A stretch of DNA of 64,000 nucleotides, taken from assembly GCF_009914755.1 (NCBI RefSeq), contig NC_060933.1. The stretch is one strand, 5' to 3'. The first letter of the stretch is position 1, and each line of letters starts with the position of its first letter. The position numbers were made by a program, and so were the translations under genes. The DNA comes from the human T2T-CHM13v2.0 reference genome, Homo sapiens. The notes beneath the pieces are model-generated. The model saw only the letters and a list, made by a program, of their open reading frames with translations, searched no databases and was not told where the DNA came from. This document shows, piece after piece, positions 43,950 through 55,944 of the stretch.

Positions 43950-44800
43950 ATATTTCCAGCTTTCTTGAAGTTGGGACATAAACATGTGACCTGGACTCAA
44001 CCAACAGATGTCACTCACCAGAGAGTTTGAATTGAGGACTAGTGACTGAAAGAACAGAAGCAATTAGGGATCAGTTCATTCATTGACTCATTTGTTCAAC
44101 AAATGTGTATTGAATACTTTATCTATGCCAGGCACTTTTCAAGTTACTGAATCTGTAGCAGAGAACAAAGCTGACTAAAATCTCTGCCCCGTGGAGTTTA
44201 CATTCTACAGCAGGCAGAAAATAAACAGGTAAATGAGTGAACTATATAGTATGTCAGATGCTGTTAACTAATATTTTATTTAAAAAAAAATAAAAGCCAG
44301 CATCATGGATTAGAATATGTTGGAGGAGGGGGCAGATGGTAAGGGTAGACAGTTTTAAATAGTGTGATCCCTGAAGGTCTTGCTGAAAAGGTGACATATG
44401 AGCAAAGACCTAAAGCAAGTTGGGAGACAAGCCATGTGGCTATCTGGGGGAAGAATGTTCCAAGAAGAGAAAACATTTAGATGGTGGTTACATCAGCATC
44501 TCCCAGGATGCAGTTCTCCAAGGTCACCAGCAGTTTTGGTGCCAGCAGCCATGTCTCTACCCAATGGCAGCAAGTCGCAGCTGTGGCACAGGGGCCCCTT
44601 CAGCAGTGATGCCCTCACCAAATGGTTCTGTGATATAATGCTGGCTGTAGTTCTGGTTCCTTCTGGCCTCTCTTTTTCTGCTTTTTTTTCGAACTTGGTT
44701 CTCCAGCTTTCCTAGTGATTTTCTAAGTACCCTAAAATCCTTTCACTAAATTCCTATTCTTACGTCAGCCAGGAATGGTTAACTAAGAACCCTGATGAGT
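43950..44800 (+). mobile_element. ERVL LTR (LTR33-like) split by an L2
   Basis: catgtgacctggactcaaccaacagatg before the L2. After it: tggttctccagctttcctagtgatttt..atcctttcactaaattcct..agccagg..aactaagaaccctga. Confidence 0.55.
44075..44478 (-). mobile_element. L2a 3' end
   Basis: ttcattcatt..ttcaacaaatgtgtattgaatac..tatgccaggcac..gtggagtttacattcta..gagcaaagacctaaag..agccatgtggctatctgggggaaga. Confidence 0.85.
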
Positions 44801-45207
44801 TCCAGTGAGTTCCCAATCCTCAGGGAGCTGAGGTCTCTGAGGTTAAGAGGACACCTCTATCCCACTTCCCTTACCCACAGCTCTAGTTCATGGTGGCATA
44901 AGAGATTTTCAGCTTCTATGTCATGCTACCAGCTGCCCTGCCCAGAAGAAATGAAATCACACATGCATTTCTAAGAATGAGCAGGTAGAATTATAGACTT
45001 GAGAGGAAAATGGGAATACAAAGGGCTTCCTTTGAAAACCATGCTTTCGTGTCAGAATAAGGAAAGACAAAAGAGACCCAGTTAAGATATATGGATAAAG
45101 TGTCTTAGCACCTGAATTGAGATAATGGCACAAGAGTCTAAGCACCATGGCCATGCAAAGAAAGGAGAAAATGCTGGGGGTGAGGCATCTGCATCCATTA
45201 GGGAATG

Positions 45208-45708
45208 CATATTTTCTCAATTTTGAGTGGCATTGTTTTTTCATATTTTATTTTATTTTATTTTATTTGAGACAGAGCCTCACATTGTCACCCGGACTGG
45301 AGTGCAGTTGCACAGTCTCGGCTCACCCCAACGTCCACCTCCTAGGCTCAAGCGATTCTCCTGCCTCAGCCTCCCGAGTAGCTAGGACTACAGACATGCG
45401 TCACCACCACCTGGCTAATTTTTTTTTTTTATTTTTAGTAGAGACAGGGTTTCACCATGTTGGCCAGGCTGGTCTCAAACTCCTGACCTCAAATGATCCA
45501 CCCACCTCAGCCTCCCAAAGTGCTGGATTTACAAGTGTGAGCCACTGTGCCTGGCATGCTTTTTCATATTTTAGTAGCACTGAAACTGATATGCATTTTA
45601 CCACCAATTGTACATGTAATATAGTGTCTTCCCTAAATTTTCAAAAATCTGTTATTAAATCTATGGTGCATCCTGCAATGGACAGCACTAGAAAATGAGC
45701 AAAATATG
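45208..45708. mobile_element. Tigger-type MITE (MamRep434-like) split by an Alu
   Basis: catatttt..ctgaaactgatatgcattttac..atggtgcatcctgcaatggacagcactaga..aaaatatg, with inverted CATATTTT/AAAATATG ends. Confidence 0.45.
45251..45555 (-). mobile_element. Alu (AluSz/Jb-like)
   Basis: Full reverse dimer with an (ATTTT)n tail. TSD TTTTTCATATTTTA on both sides. Confidence 0.93.
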
Positions 45709-46240
45709 AATAGATAGCATCTTAGATCAGGGAGGCTCTCTGTGGCTTATATTCCTTTCCTAGTTAGCACGCATACAGCTTATCTTCCAGAACGTGGTGT
45801 AAGAATACGGGAAATGCCAGTAGTGAATATGCAGCAAGCTCATTTCTGAACACTTTCATTCCCTAGTTACACAGAGATAACTCTGATACTGAGGCTTACT
45901 GCTGGTATAAGGCCACTTACAAGACAGTGTAGGGACAACTCCACAGAAACAGCTGTTTACTAAAAACACACCAAGTAACTTAGAAATTCCTTGCTCCTGG
46001 GGTGATGAGGACATCTAGTTCAAAGGAATAAAGAGAAACTCACTGGGGAAGCAAACTCATCATATGAACTGTAGTAGGAGCAAATCTGATACTGTGATGG
46101 GCTCCAGGTAAGCAAAATAATGACAATGGTAGTATAGAATGTAAAATGTTTTAATATGACATCCAGCCGCAGTAAGTCACTAGGCTCACAAGAGCACAGA
46201 GCACATTCCAGGAATCAGAGACATAGACCTCTGACAGAAA

Positions 46241-46826
46241 TGTGTTTAATATAGTTGCTGCTTTGACACCCATTTCTAGGCCTGACATAAAGTTATTTGA
46301 AACCCGGTCATACTCCATCTCCTTTGGCCCCTTCCCATATGATTGTTTGAGATGTAGCTCACTTGTCACCAACCCAAAACTAAAACATTGCACAGCTGCT
46401 GACCATGATAAAACCTAATGCTCAACACCAGAGTCGTATAAATGGGTTTCCCCCTTCATTAGTGTTTTATTTAAGCTAGCCAATCCACACCCCTAAAGGA
46501 AAGCCTAAGGAATGACACCTGCAGACTGTTATAAAGGCATAGTCCTCTCTCCCTCTCACTTGCTCTCCACTGGCTGATTGAGCTCCTTTCTCCCTCCAGA
46601 CTTCCCACTGGGTTCCAGCCGGCACACCTAACCTCTTCAGGACCTGTGAGTAATAAATTTATTTTGTTTTATGCATGTTGGTTTTACCTCCTCTTTGTGT
46701 CTCACCTGACGCACACACCTGAACCTTCCTTCCTTCCCATTAGGGCTCTCCTAGACAGTGGTTATCTTGGCACATTGCCACTGTCAAGAGCGACACCTCA
46801 AGACCAAATTAGAAACAGTCACAATA
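46241..46826 (+). mobile_element. ERVL-class solo LTR (MER73-like)
   Basis: TGTGTTT..GCTGCTTTGACACCCATTT..GGCCTGACATAA..ACAGCTGCTGACCATGATAAAACCTAATG..CTAGCCAATCCACA..TATAAAGGC..GTAATAAA..CTCAAGACCAAATTAG (CCAAT, TATA and polyA order). Confidence 0.75.
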
Positions 46827-47089
46827 GCTTCACTTCTGTCAATGGTTCAGCCTGAGCAACAGACATAAACTTCATTTTTCTTCACCTAATACTCTCTGAT
46901 TCAACACCCTACATTTCTGCCAGGCTTGTGTGGTCTCTTTAGAATGGCCATACTCTAAAAAAACTGCAAATGGAACTGCAAATCCACTACCTGTGTGTCT
47001 TCGGACCAGCCATGTCACTTTTGGATTTCTCACTTATGAAATGCAGTAATTGCCAGTTGCTCTCCCAAGCCTAAAGTACAATGCCTTTT

Positions 47090-47331
47090 ACCACAGTTAT
47101 TGATGAACACTTATCTGAATTAAAAGGAACTTAGCATCTTCTTAACTGAGGTTGAAGTGTGCTGGTGCCTTCTGTTTGTTTCCTGGTTACTGTCTCCATC
47201 TCGGCAACCAATATAAGAGGGTGGGATGAGTGGCATCTACTCACTGTCTGTATTCATTTACTGTATAAAAAACGTCCACAATGTCTCATAGGCACACAAC
47301 GATCTGCATTTATTTAGCTTATGTCTGGGGA
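47090..47331 (+). repeat. Old direct duplication, copy A (pairs with 48184-48450)
   Basis: Colinear anchors AGTTATT, AAGGAACT, GAAGYGTGC..CCTTCT, ATCTACTCACTGT, AGGCACACAAC and AGCTTATGT. Confidence 0.85.
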
Positions 47332-47620
47332 TGGTAAGTGTTGGCTGGTCCTGTCCTGACCTGACCTGTCCTGAAGTGACTCTGCCCCACATGCCTCTCA
47401 TCCTCCTCCTGGACCAGAAGGCTCACTTGGGCACGTTCTTCTGGCACTGGTAGAGTGCCAGAGATGAAGGTCAGTTGTGCAAGTGCTTTTCAAGCCTTCA
47501 ATCAGATCACCCTCCTTATATTCTATTGCTTGAAGCAAGCCATATGGTCAACGCCAAAGTCAAGGTACAGACAAGAACCCTCCATCCTGGAGGTGGGGAG
47601 TGAAGGAGGGCACCTTTGCC
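47249..47620 (-). mobile_element. MLT1 (G/H-like) LTR
   Basis: ctctgccccacatgcctctcatcctcc..ggaccag..gggcacgttcttctg..gcaagtgcttttcaagcct..agcaagccatatggtcaacgccaaagtcaagg. Confidence 0.7.
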
Positions 47621-48183
47621 TCATTGCCAAGCAATGACTGGTCCCAAAGTGTGTCATCAGGGAATTGCCAGGTTCTGAGTACCACTTGGTTCTGACTTAC
47701 TGGACTGCTCTGACCCTGGTTTCTGGTTTTAATTCCAGTCACTAAAACAGATGTTAGTGTCCACTAGGAACTCACATTTTCTGAGCCCTTAGTATAGGTC
47801 AGACCCTATGTTATATATTGCATATTTGTTATTACATACAGTCACCTATAGCCAGCCATACCTACAGATGAATCAAGTAATTATCCTCAATTTTAGTGAA
47901 GAAAATAACACTCAGAGTGGATCAGTACCTCCAGGCACTCTTTCAGGTGTCTTGGGAGTATACAAAGTTGTGTAAGAGTTCATGCCACACACCGTCACGG
48001 AGCTTGCTGCTCTACTACTTGCTGATTGTCCACTTTAAATAAAATTCCTAACTTCCTATATCCTTAACTGTCCAAGCCTTGGCTACTAGAGCTGTATTTT
48101 TCTGATTTGTCATCCACTATAGTCCTGAAATGATCCTTCAAAAGACTGTAACCAGCTGAAATATAGCAGGCTGCTCAATATGT

Positions 48184-48450
48184 TCACATAGTTATTAGAT
48201 TTATTTCTTATCCAAACTAGAAGGAACTAAGAGGCTTCATGCAGAAGCGTGCCGATACCTTCTAGCCTCACTAAGAAGCCATTGGAAGAATCTGCTTCCT
48301 AGCCACTGTTAGCTTTCTTCACCTACGAAGCCAATCTTAGAGAGTAGGATAAATGATATCTACTCACTGTTTTTGTTTACTCCTTAACAAACAACCACAT
48401 CATCTCAGAGGCACACAACAATCGGCATTTAAGCTTATGTTTCGGGGGTA
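48184..48450 (+). repeat. Old direct duplication, copy B (pairs with 47090-47331)
   Basis: Anchors at 48221 (AAGGAACT), 48358 (ATCTACTCACTGT), 48409 (AGGCACACAAC) and 48432 (AGCTTATGT). Confidence 0.85.
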
Positions 48451-48620
48451 GACTTTGGAACCGGACCAATCTAAGTGTGAATATTGGTTGGCCTGTCTCC
48501 TCATCAGAAAAGTAAAACTATTAACACCTCCCCTACCATGTTAGTATAAAGATTACCTGGGGATACACTACATAAATGTACCTAATACAGACCCTGCCAT
48601 ACTAAATATTTATAGGTTCC
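48450..48620 (+). mobile_element. MIR fragment
   Basis: agactttggaacc..tcctcatcagaaaag..ctacc..aagatta..cataaatgtacctaatacag. Confidence 0.5.
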
Positions 48621-50084
48621 TCTCTCTCTTTCTTTCCCAAGAAATTTGGTCATCAGCAGTTGCATCTTCAGCCACATATAAATCCCTGAATTAGACTTTT
48701 CAGGACAAAAGAAATAATGTAACAACTTATGATGTTTTATGGAGCTTTCATTTGAGTAAAACATATATATATATATATATGATACCTATAGGATGAATCT
48801 TGGATTTGTACGTGTGGATTAGAAAGGCAGGAGTGCATTGGGGGAAATGGCACTGAGCTAATAAGTTCCTGTCTGTGATTTGACCTGCTCTGCGCCTGAC
48901 TAGCTGCATATTCATGTCAATTTCCTCCCAGTTACCTAGGGCAAGAAATGAAGAGGAAAGATCTTTAATCATTTTTTTATTCTAATTGAAACATTTTCCT
49001 TGCAAGTGGAGAGAGAACAGGTGCCTAACGAGCCCACATGATGATTCACAAGGTAGTAGGTATCGCCACAGATATAATTAAACTGGAAGATCAATGAAAA
49101 TTTCCTTTTTGGACTACTGCCAGGTCACACAGACAAGGATCCAGCTAGCTGTATTTATGCACAGCAATATCCAGAAGTGTGTACTCACACAGGTGTGCCC
49201 TGCAATATCGTATCATGATAAATTAAACAGCCACAGACTCGCACATCCAGTATTACTTATTTAGAAAAACACCTCGATTTCTCTGTGCAGTTAATGATGC
49301 TGGACTACAAACATTGTCTGTCAGGAAGGCAGACAATTGCTGCATCTTATCAAATCTCACTGTCCTTTTTCCTTTATTATGTTTTTCATTTCTTTATATA
49401 AAACAATCACATAAATAAGAACTGCCCTGGAGGATCAAGACCTGAAAGAAAGGGAAGAAGGGGAGAGAAATGGAGGGAGGGAAGGAGGAAGAGAGCCAGC
49501 AGGGGATTGAAGCATTGCAAATAAGTGGGCTTTCCTTTGTAGCGCCAGAAAGTTGTAATGCATTTACTTCAGGATGTCTAACCTCTCTGGGTCTCAGGAT
49601 TCTCAGACTCTCTCAGCCTATAAATAAGCCTATTCCAATCTTGACTGTGCAGAGTTCTTCTGGTAAAGGCGGCAAGGGAAGAACTCAGGGGAGGGGACTG
49701 GCGTTTGAGACTGGCCACGGTGCGAATTTTGCAGGACTGAGAATTTTCATCACCTCATATTCTTTGAAATTTCTCTGTAGAAATGAGAAAAAATAGTCAT
49801 CCTGACAGTCTTTTCAGTTGTTTTGTAACAAGACTGTAATTGAAAAAGAATCACTCCTAGCGTTAGATACCAAACATGTTGTTAGTTCCACAAAACAGAG
49901 GTTAGTTTGATGCCTAAAGCTCATAGGAAGATCAGTGCTTTGCATACATTTCAGTTAAGAAAAGAATGCAAATTATAATTCAAATACTGTATTGCCCACT
50001 CATAGTTTGCAAAAGAAAAGGAGAGTTAAAAAGAATATAAATTGTTTCATTAGGTCCTTACAGATAACTCTAGGTAAACATACC

Positions 50085-50449
50085 TGTTTTCATCAGACGA
50101 GGCTAACTACTGTAACACTTTCAAATTTCAGTGGCTTAATGGAATCACAGTTTGCTCCCATTCACACAAGGTCTAATTTGGATGTTCCCATTTGGGCAAA
50201 TCTCCTTCAGGCAGTGAAGTTAGAGATCCAGGCTCCTGCCAATGTGAGGCTTAACCAACTCAGAGACCTTCAAAGTCATTTGCAGAAGGTGGAAGATCAC
50301 ATGGAGCATTTTATGGCCAGGCCTGGAAGTGACCCACATTCCATTGGTCAGGACTTAGTCATATGGTATCATGTAGATGCAATGGTTGCTGGGAACTGTA
50401 GTCTTCCTGTGTGAGCACAGGAGCAACCCAGAGCACTGTCTCTGCTATA
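50085..50449 (-). mobile_element. MLT1 (J/I-like) LTR
   Basis: aggctaactactgtaaca..aaatttcagtggcttaa..ggcctggaagtgac..cacattccattggtcaggacttagtcatatgg..gctgggaactgtagtctt. Confidence 0.75.
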
Positions 50450-52136
50450 CTTCCGTTTTCCAGATGAGGAAAGTAAGGCTCAATAAGTGGATCTGATTTG
50501 TTCAGAATGAATCAGTGGCAGAGGCAGGACTAAAAGTCATGTCACCTCACTCTATCTTTTTTCTTTTATATCTCATTGTTTCCTAGGGTCTTTGCAGAGG
50601 TGCAGCAAGGCTTCAGTTTTCTTAAGAAGGATCTGTAACCACAAGGAAGAAACTTCTTCCTAGAATTCAATGTCGGCTTTTTGTACCCTTATCAGAGGAA
50701 ATGTCTAGAGAAAATTTCAAATCTAATTAATGGGTTTATTTAATTCATTAAGATTTTTCCTAAATGATTTCTCAGATAGTTGTCCTGACTTCTGGAAAGG
50801 TCACGCATTCATCAAGAATGATGAATTCCTTTTGATCTTTCATAACATCTAATAGTGCAAGGCATGTGGTCATTGACGGATAAATATTGTTGCCAGCCAT
50901 GGTAATACTGTTTCTTAAAAAGGTATCTATGTGAAAATGATAAGAAAAACAAATAACATTCTGATAAAAGGGTAGGCAGTCATTCCATGTAGTCATCAAT
51001 GTTAGGCATAGTTCTAGGTTCTCAGGATGAGGTAGAGGAAATGTTTGCCAAAAGCTCAGTTGGTATCTGTAGCCTAAACTTAAGGTTCTCTAAAGCCTGA
51101 ATCTGTGCAATACATGGACATGTTAACTACTCCTACTTTCCCTTCTTGTATCTGTAAAAAAGATATGGCAGCAATAATCTCAAACCTCTCTGAGCTGTTA
51201 GGCAAATGGTCGTAGAGTGAGTAGAAATGCAGAATGATAGGAAATAAAACACCCAGTGATAAACTTTTAAGGAAGGCAGGTTAATGGGGCAAGTATGTGG
51301 AGGGCAACCTGCCTGGCTTCAACAGGTCATTATGTATCCTTTCTTCAGAAGAGCTTGTGTTTGCGTTGCTGCTTCTGAAAATAGGGTAACAGTGATGGAA
51401 AATGCAGGGCAGCGCTAAAGAAAGGGTTTAAGGTAGCCATAGTTACATGAGATGAGTTCACTGAGATTTATGTCATTATTGTAACAAACCACTGAAGGAA
51501 TTTATAATGATGAGATCATTATAAAGGATTCTAAATATGCAGTTAACTGGACATTATGACATCATCTCTCACAGTTTATTCAACTTAGACAAATGTCTGC
51601 ACCTTTAGGCACAACTAGATCTTCTCTTTTCTTTTTATAAAGAAAATGTTTTTTATTCGTTTGTGTACAGAAAGCCTCAAGATCCTTCCAGCTTTGTCAT
51701 TCAAAGAACATGGAATACTCAAATGGGTACTTCCTCAATAACTGTCCCTCAGGCTACACAGAAGTGATAATCAACGAGACACCTGTTATTCCTTTTGCAC
51801 AATTATGTCAAAGTTTTATCCCACTAGGACTCTTAACCAGATCCTGTTATAAGCACAACATCGCCCCTGATACCTCTGTTTGCCCTGAGCTTACAGCCTT
51901 TGCATTTTCTGTGTATGTTTTAATCTTCTAGATAGCAAACTCCTTAAGCAAAGGGACTATGTGTTACTCAGCCCTTTATCTCACATGCCTTCCCCAGAGA
52001 TTGGCTCATACTACATGCTCAGTAAGTATTTGAGAATGAATGATGATGGTTTTCGAATGAGAACAGTGTCTGTGCATGGGTATGTATTTTTCTGTGCCCA
52101 ACATCCCTTTGAAGAAGTGAGGGTAATGTTCCTGAT

Positions 52137-52473
52137 CAGGGGCCAGCAAACTTTTTCTGTAAAGGAGCACATAGTGAATATTTTAAAGTTCGTGGGCCAT
52201 ATAGTCTCTGTGGAAACTGCTCAGCTACGCTGCCGTAACACAAAAACAGCCATCAACAATATGGAAACAAGTGGGTGTGCTGTATTCCAAGAAAACTTTC
52301 TTTATGGGCGCTGAAACTTGAATTTCATACAATTTCCACACATCACACAATACTACTCTTCTTCAGATTTTTAAAAAAACATTTAAAAATGTAAATACCA
52401 TCATTGGCTTGCAAGATATACAAAAACAGGTGGTGGGCCATTTGGCCCAGGGGCCACAGTTTGCTGACTTCTG
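52137..52473. mobile_element. MER58B (hAT-Charlie MITE)
   Basis: CAGGGGCCAGCAAACTTTTTCTGTAAAGG..GTGGGCCATATAGTCTCTGT..AAAAACAGGTGGTGGGCCA..AGTTTGCTGACTTCTG, with inverted termini. Confidence 0.9.
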
Positions 52474-53102
52474 AACTGGATCATGGGGTTGCTGGCACTG
52501 GTCTCAGTGGTGGGATTTACTAATTATAGAAAGCTGCTTTCTGAAATCTTCTCCATTTTCTTAGCGAATTCGTAAGTGCTTTAGTCGGTCCAATTCCTAA
52601 GAGGGGAATTACTATTTTGTCTGACTGCTATCTTGAAGGGCACTCTAATGAATTAAGGTTATGGAATTGTTGGGCAAGATGTACCACCTTACGATTAAAG
52701 AGTTATGATTAAAATATTAAAATGGAAGAATAAAATATAATTCATGATTTATTGCAAATCATCTTAGATACTTTTAGAAATCAATAACCCATGTCATCAT
52801 TCTCATTTTCCCTGTGACATTCATTTATTTCACAAAGCAAGCATCCTCAATAATAGGAAATGATGCCAGACCACATGCATGGGTCAAGCTAAATATGCAC
52901 CCCAAATTCTGGCACTATTGTGAGACATGATGAAAAACAAATACATCTACTTGTATAATTTTAGAAATCAAGTTTAGATTTTAATATAATGTTAATATTT
53001 ATTATAAAATACATCACCCTGATGATAATTTTGCTACACAAAATATGCACACAAAAACAGTAATTTAAGCAAATATACACAACAATAATACAAAAAAATC
53101 AC

Positions 53103-53390
53103 GGCTGAGCACAGTGGCTCACGCCTGTAATCCCAACACTTTGGGAGGTTGAGGCGGGCAGATCACTTGAGGTCAGGAGTTTGAGACCAGCCTGGCCAAC
53201 ATGGCCATGAACTAAAAATACAAAAATTAGCTGGGCATGGTGGCACGTGCCTGTAATCCCAGCTACTGAGGAGGCTGAGGCAGGAGAATTCCTTGAACCG
53301 GGAAGTAGAGGTTGCAGTGAGCTGAGATTGTGCCATTGCATTCCAGCCTAGGTGAAGAAGCAGGACTCCATCTCAAAAAAAAAAAAAAAA
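53103..53390 (+). mobile_element. AluS (Sz/Sx-like)
   Basis: Full dimer. TSD AAAAAAATCAC at 53092 and 53391. Confidence 0.95.
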
Positions 53391-53589
53391 AAAAAAATCA
53401 CAACATAACACCTTTACTTTAAGGCCGCCTACTTTTACACACAGTTATTTGTTGAATGCAGGTGGGAATCAGACTGTGTTCTTTACCTGCTGTCATTTTG
53501 GAGAGAATGCTTGTGAAAGAGGGTTGATTTACAAGGAAAATGCATAACAATTCCTATGCAAATCTACTTCCCAAAAAAGGTTTTAGTTG

Positions 53590-53826
53590 CTAAAAGTGTA
53601 GGCTATAGATTCAGACAGTCCCAGGTTCAAATCCTGACCTTATCACCTATCAACTGTGTGACCTATTAACTTAAGTTGCTTACCCTCTCTGAGCTTCAAC
53701 TTCTTCACCTAAGAAATGGGAACACTACTAATAATTGCGGGTACCAGTGAGTTAATGTGCGCAAAGTACACTACACAGTTCCTGCTCCTCTGCAGTAAGC
53801 AGTCAACAAATAGCAGTTGCTATTAT
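53590..53826 (+). mobile_element. MIR
   Basis: tcagacagtcccaggttcaaatcctgac..ctgtgtgacct..aagttgcttaccctctctgagcttcaacttcttcacct..aaatggg. Confidence 0.85.
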
Positions 53827-54409
53827 TAGTACATTTGTCATTAGCAAAAATAGAGACTTTGGTGCAGCGAAGTAACACACTTTTCAATGGTATAATGAAT
53901 TTCAAATATAAAGCCATGTTGAAGTTCTGAGGAATGCTTTCTCTTGCCTGGGTTTGGGAGATGGTAATGGTGTACATGCATCTCTGTTAGATCTGCTTAA
54001 ACACAGGCATCATTGTGCCTTGGTTTTCATGGTGGCTGTGTTTTGGTTGCATTGTGGGCTCTGGTCATGTTCTCTGCAATTTTCACTGCATTTATGCAAC
54101 TTCCCCTTACCTAATATTTTGGAATTCCATCTTAATTTTATTTTTCTCATTCTTATTCCCTTCTGCTTATTTTACGGGCTCATTATAATTTATCAAATTC
54201 TTACGTATTCAAAAGCCTCTGATTTCCAATTCTTTTTAATCAAGATGTTGCTCATCTACTTAAGTCAATGTGCTGAGTAAACCAGTAAATGGATACTTAC
54301 AAATCCTTATCCCTTAGTGTTTAGGTGTACAAAAACCAGGATACCAAAAAGTCATGGGCTCAAGGGAAGATATGAAGGCTTATTTATAACACAGGATGCA
54401 CTCAAGGCT

Positions 54410-54640
54410 GCAGAGTGTGATTCAAAAGGCATAGGATTAGGAGTCAGAGTTTACTTGGATTTGGGGATTTTCTCCGCCAGCACAAACTGTAGAAATCTCA
54501 GGAAGTCATTCAGTCTCTCTAAATTGACTGTATTGGCCAGTAAATTGGGAATGATTATGATACTTAGGTTATGTAGTTTAATATAATTAACAATGAATAT
54601 AATAATCACTTTGTAAAGTATAAGTCACCATGCATAGTGC
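54410..54640 (+). mobile_element. MIR
   Basis: ggattaggagtcagag..ctcaggaagtcattcagtctctcta..gtaaattgggga. Confidence 0.55.
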
Positions 54641-55229
54641 TACAAGGTTACCACTATCATGATTTTCATTATTTACCACACATGTGCACGTATCTAGAAG
54701 ATTATCCTTTAGGAAAGAATTTGTGATAGAAAGAGTCTAGTTTTGCCTCTGATACTAACCTGGTATGTAACTTTGGATAAGTCTTTCATTTACTTAAGTA
54801 CTAATTTCCATATCTACAAAATAGATACTCATCAATGTCCTTTCTAGGTATAAAAGGTTGGGGTTTCACTAATACCAGGAAATAGGCACGGAGAAACAGG
54901 CTGACTAGAGTCTTGAAAAGCAGAAGTAGTGAATATGTGATTCTGTAGTCAATGAGACTACTGTAAATGTGGAAGTTGAAAGATGGCAGGGAGAAAGTGA
55001 CTCCAGAGGAGATTCACTGGGTAACAGGGTGCACAATGGGCTCAAGGAAATGTTGGCTAACACAGAGCCCACATGGTTCCAAAAGTAGTAAGACTGAAGT
55101 GCACGCAGAGCACCTGAAGGAGACAGGAAGTCACTGTTGTGCATCGCCTTGCATAAAGTGACAAAGGACTGGCCCAGGGTGTCCTTCACGTAAGTGAAAA
55201 AGGAAAGAAATTGAGTAGGTTCAGGAATT

Positions 55230-55740
55230 ACAGCCTCCTGAATGGGCTTCATGCCACTCTCCTTCCTCTCTAGTCCATCCACCACATTACCACCAGAGGG
55301 ACCCTAAACTCAAATATGGCCCTCCCCCTTGCAGGATTCAAAAGCTCTGATTGCTTCTTATTATCTACAGAGTAAAATCCAACACTCTGCCCCCACCTTA
55401 TGCTTATAGGGTTGTTACTATATATATGGTCTACTGTCAGTCCTCAGCCTCATGAGTGGCTTCTCTTTCCTAAGACCAAACCATGCTGAACTTGCCGTCT
55501 TTGTTTTCTTCATAGCTCAGTGTCTTTGCATATGCTGTTCCTCTACCAGTAATATCCTCATGCAATTCCCTACTTGGAGAGTTTCTTCTTTTCCTTTCAG
55601 ACTCAGCTTAAATATTATCTTCATGGTTCAAAACTGCATTATGCATTTGACGTACGTTTTTTAAAACAGGTGTTTGCATGTCTGCTTCTCTACTCGCATG
55701 TGAGCTTCTGGAAATGAGCCCATGTTTTATAGTACCAGTA
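55230..55740 (+). mobile_element. L2 fragment
   Basis: agcctcctgaatggg..tccatccaccacattaccaccagaggga..ctacagagtaaaatccaa..tctttgcatatgctgttcctcta. Confidence 0.6.
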
Positions 55741-55944
55741 TGTACTTTGTTAATATTTTGTAAACTTTATTAATAGCTAATTAAAATAATCCAAAGGATA
55801 AAGATTAGGGGGCATCTGACAAGAACAGAGAAGTACAGGACTTGTTAGAATATAAACAGATAATACCTAAGAAAGAACAAATTTGAACTTAACAAAATTA
55901 TAAACAGAGTGGATAGGATAGATATGGACATCTTTACCAATTAA

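Noticed and set aside
45147-45698. 183-aa ORF (also 26418-26876, 43055-43510, 15717-16136)
   Set aside because: These are read-throughs of antisense Alu sequence, giving the typical [15 protein letters not shown] and [10 protein letters not shown] peptides.
47440-47462. 9-bp-arm hairpin TCTGGCACT-ggtag-AGTGCCAGA
   Set aside because: Expected by chance in 64 kb, and it lies within an MLT1 LTR.
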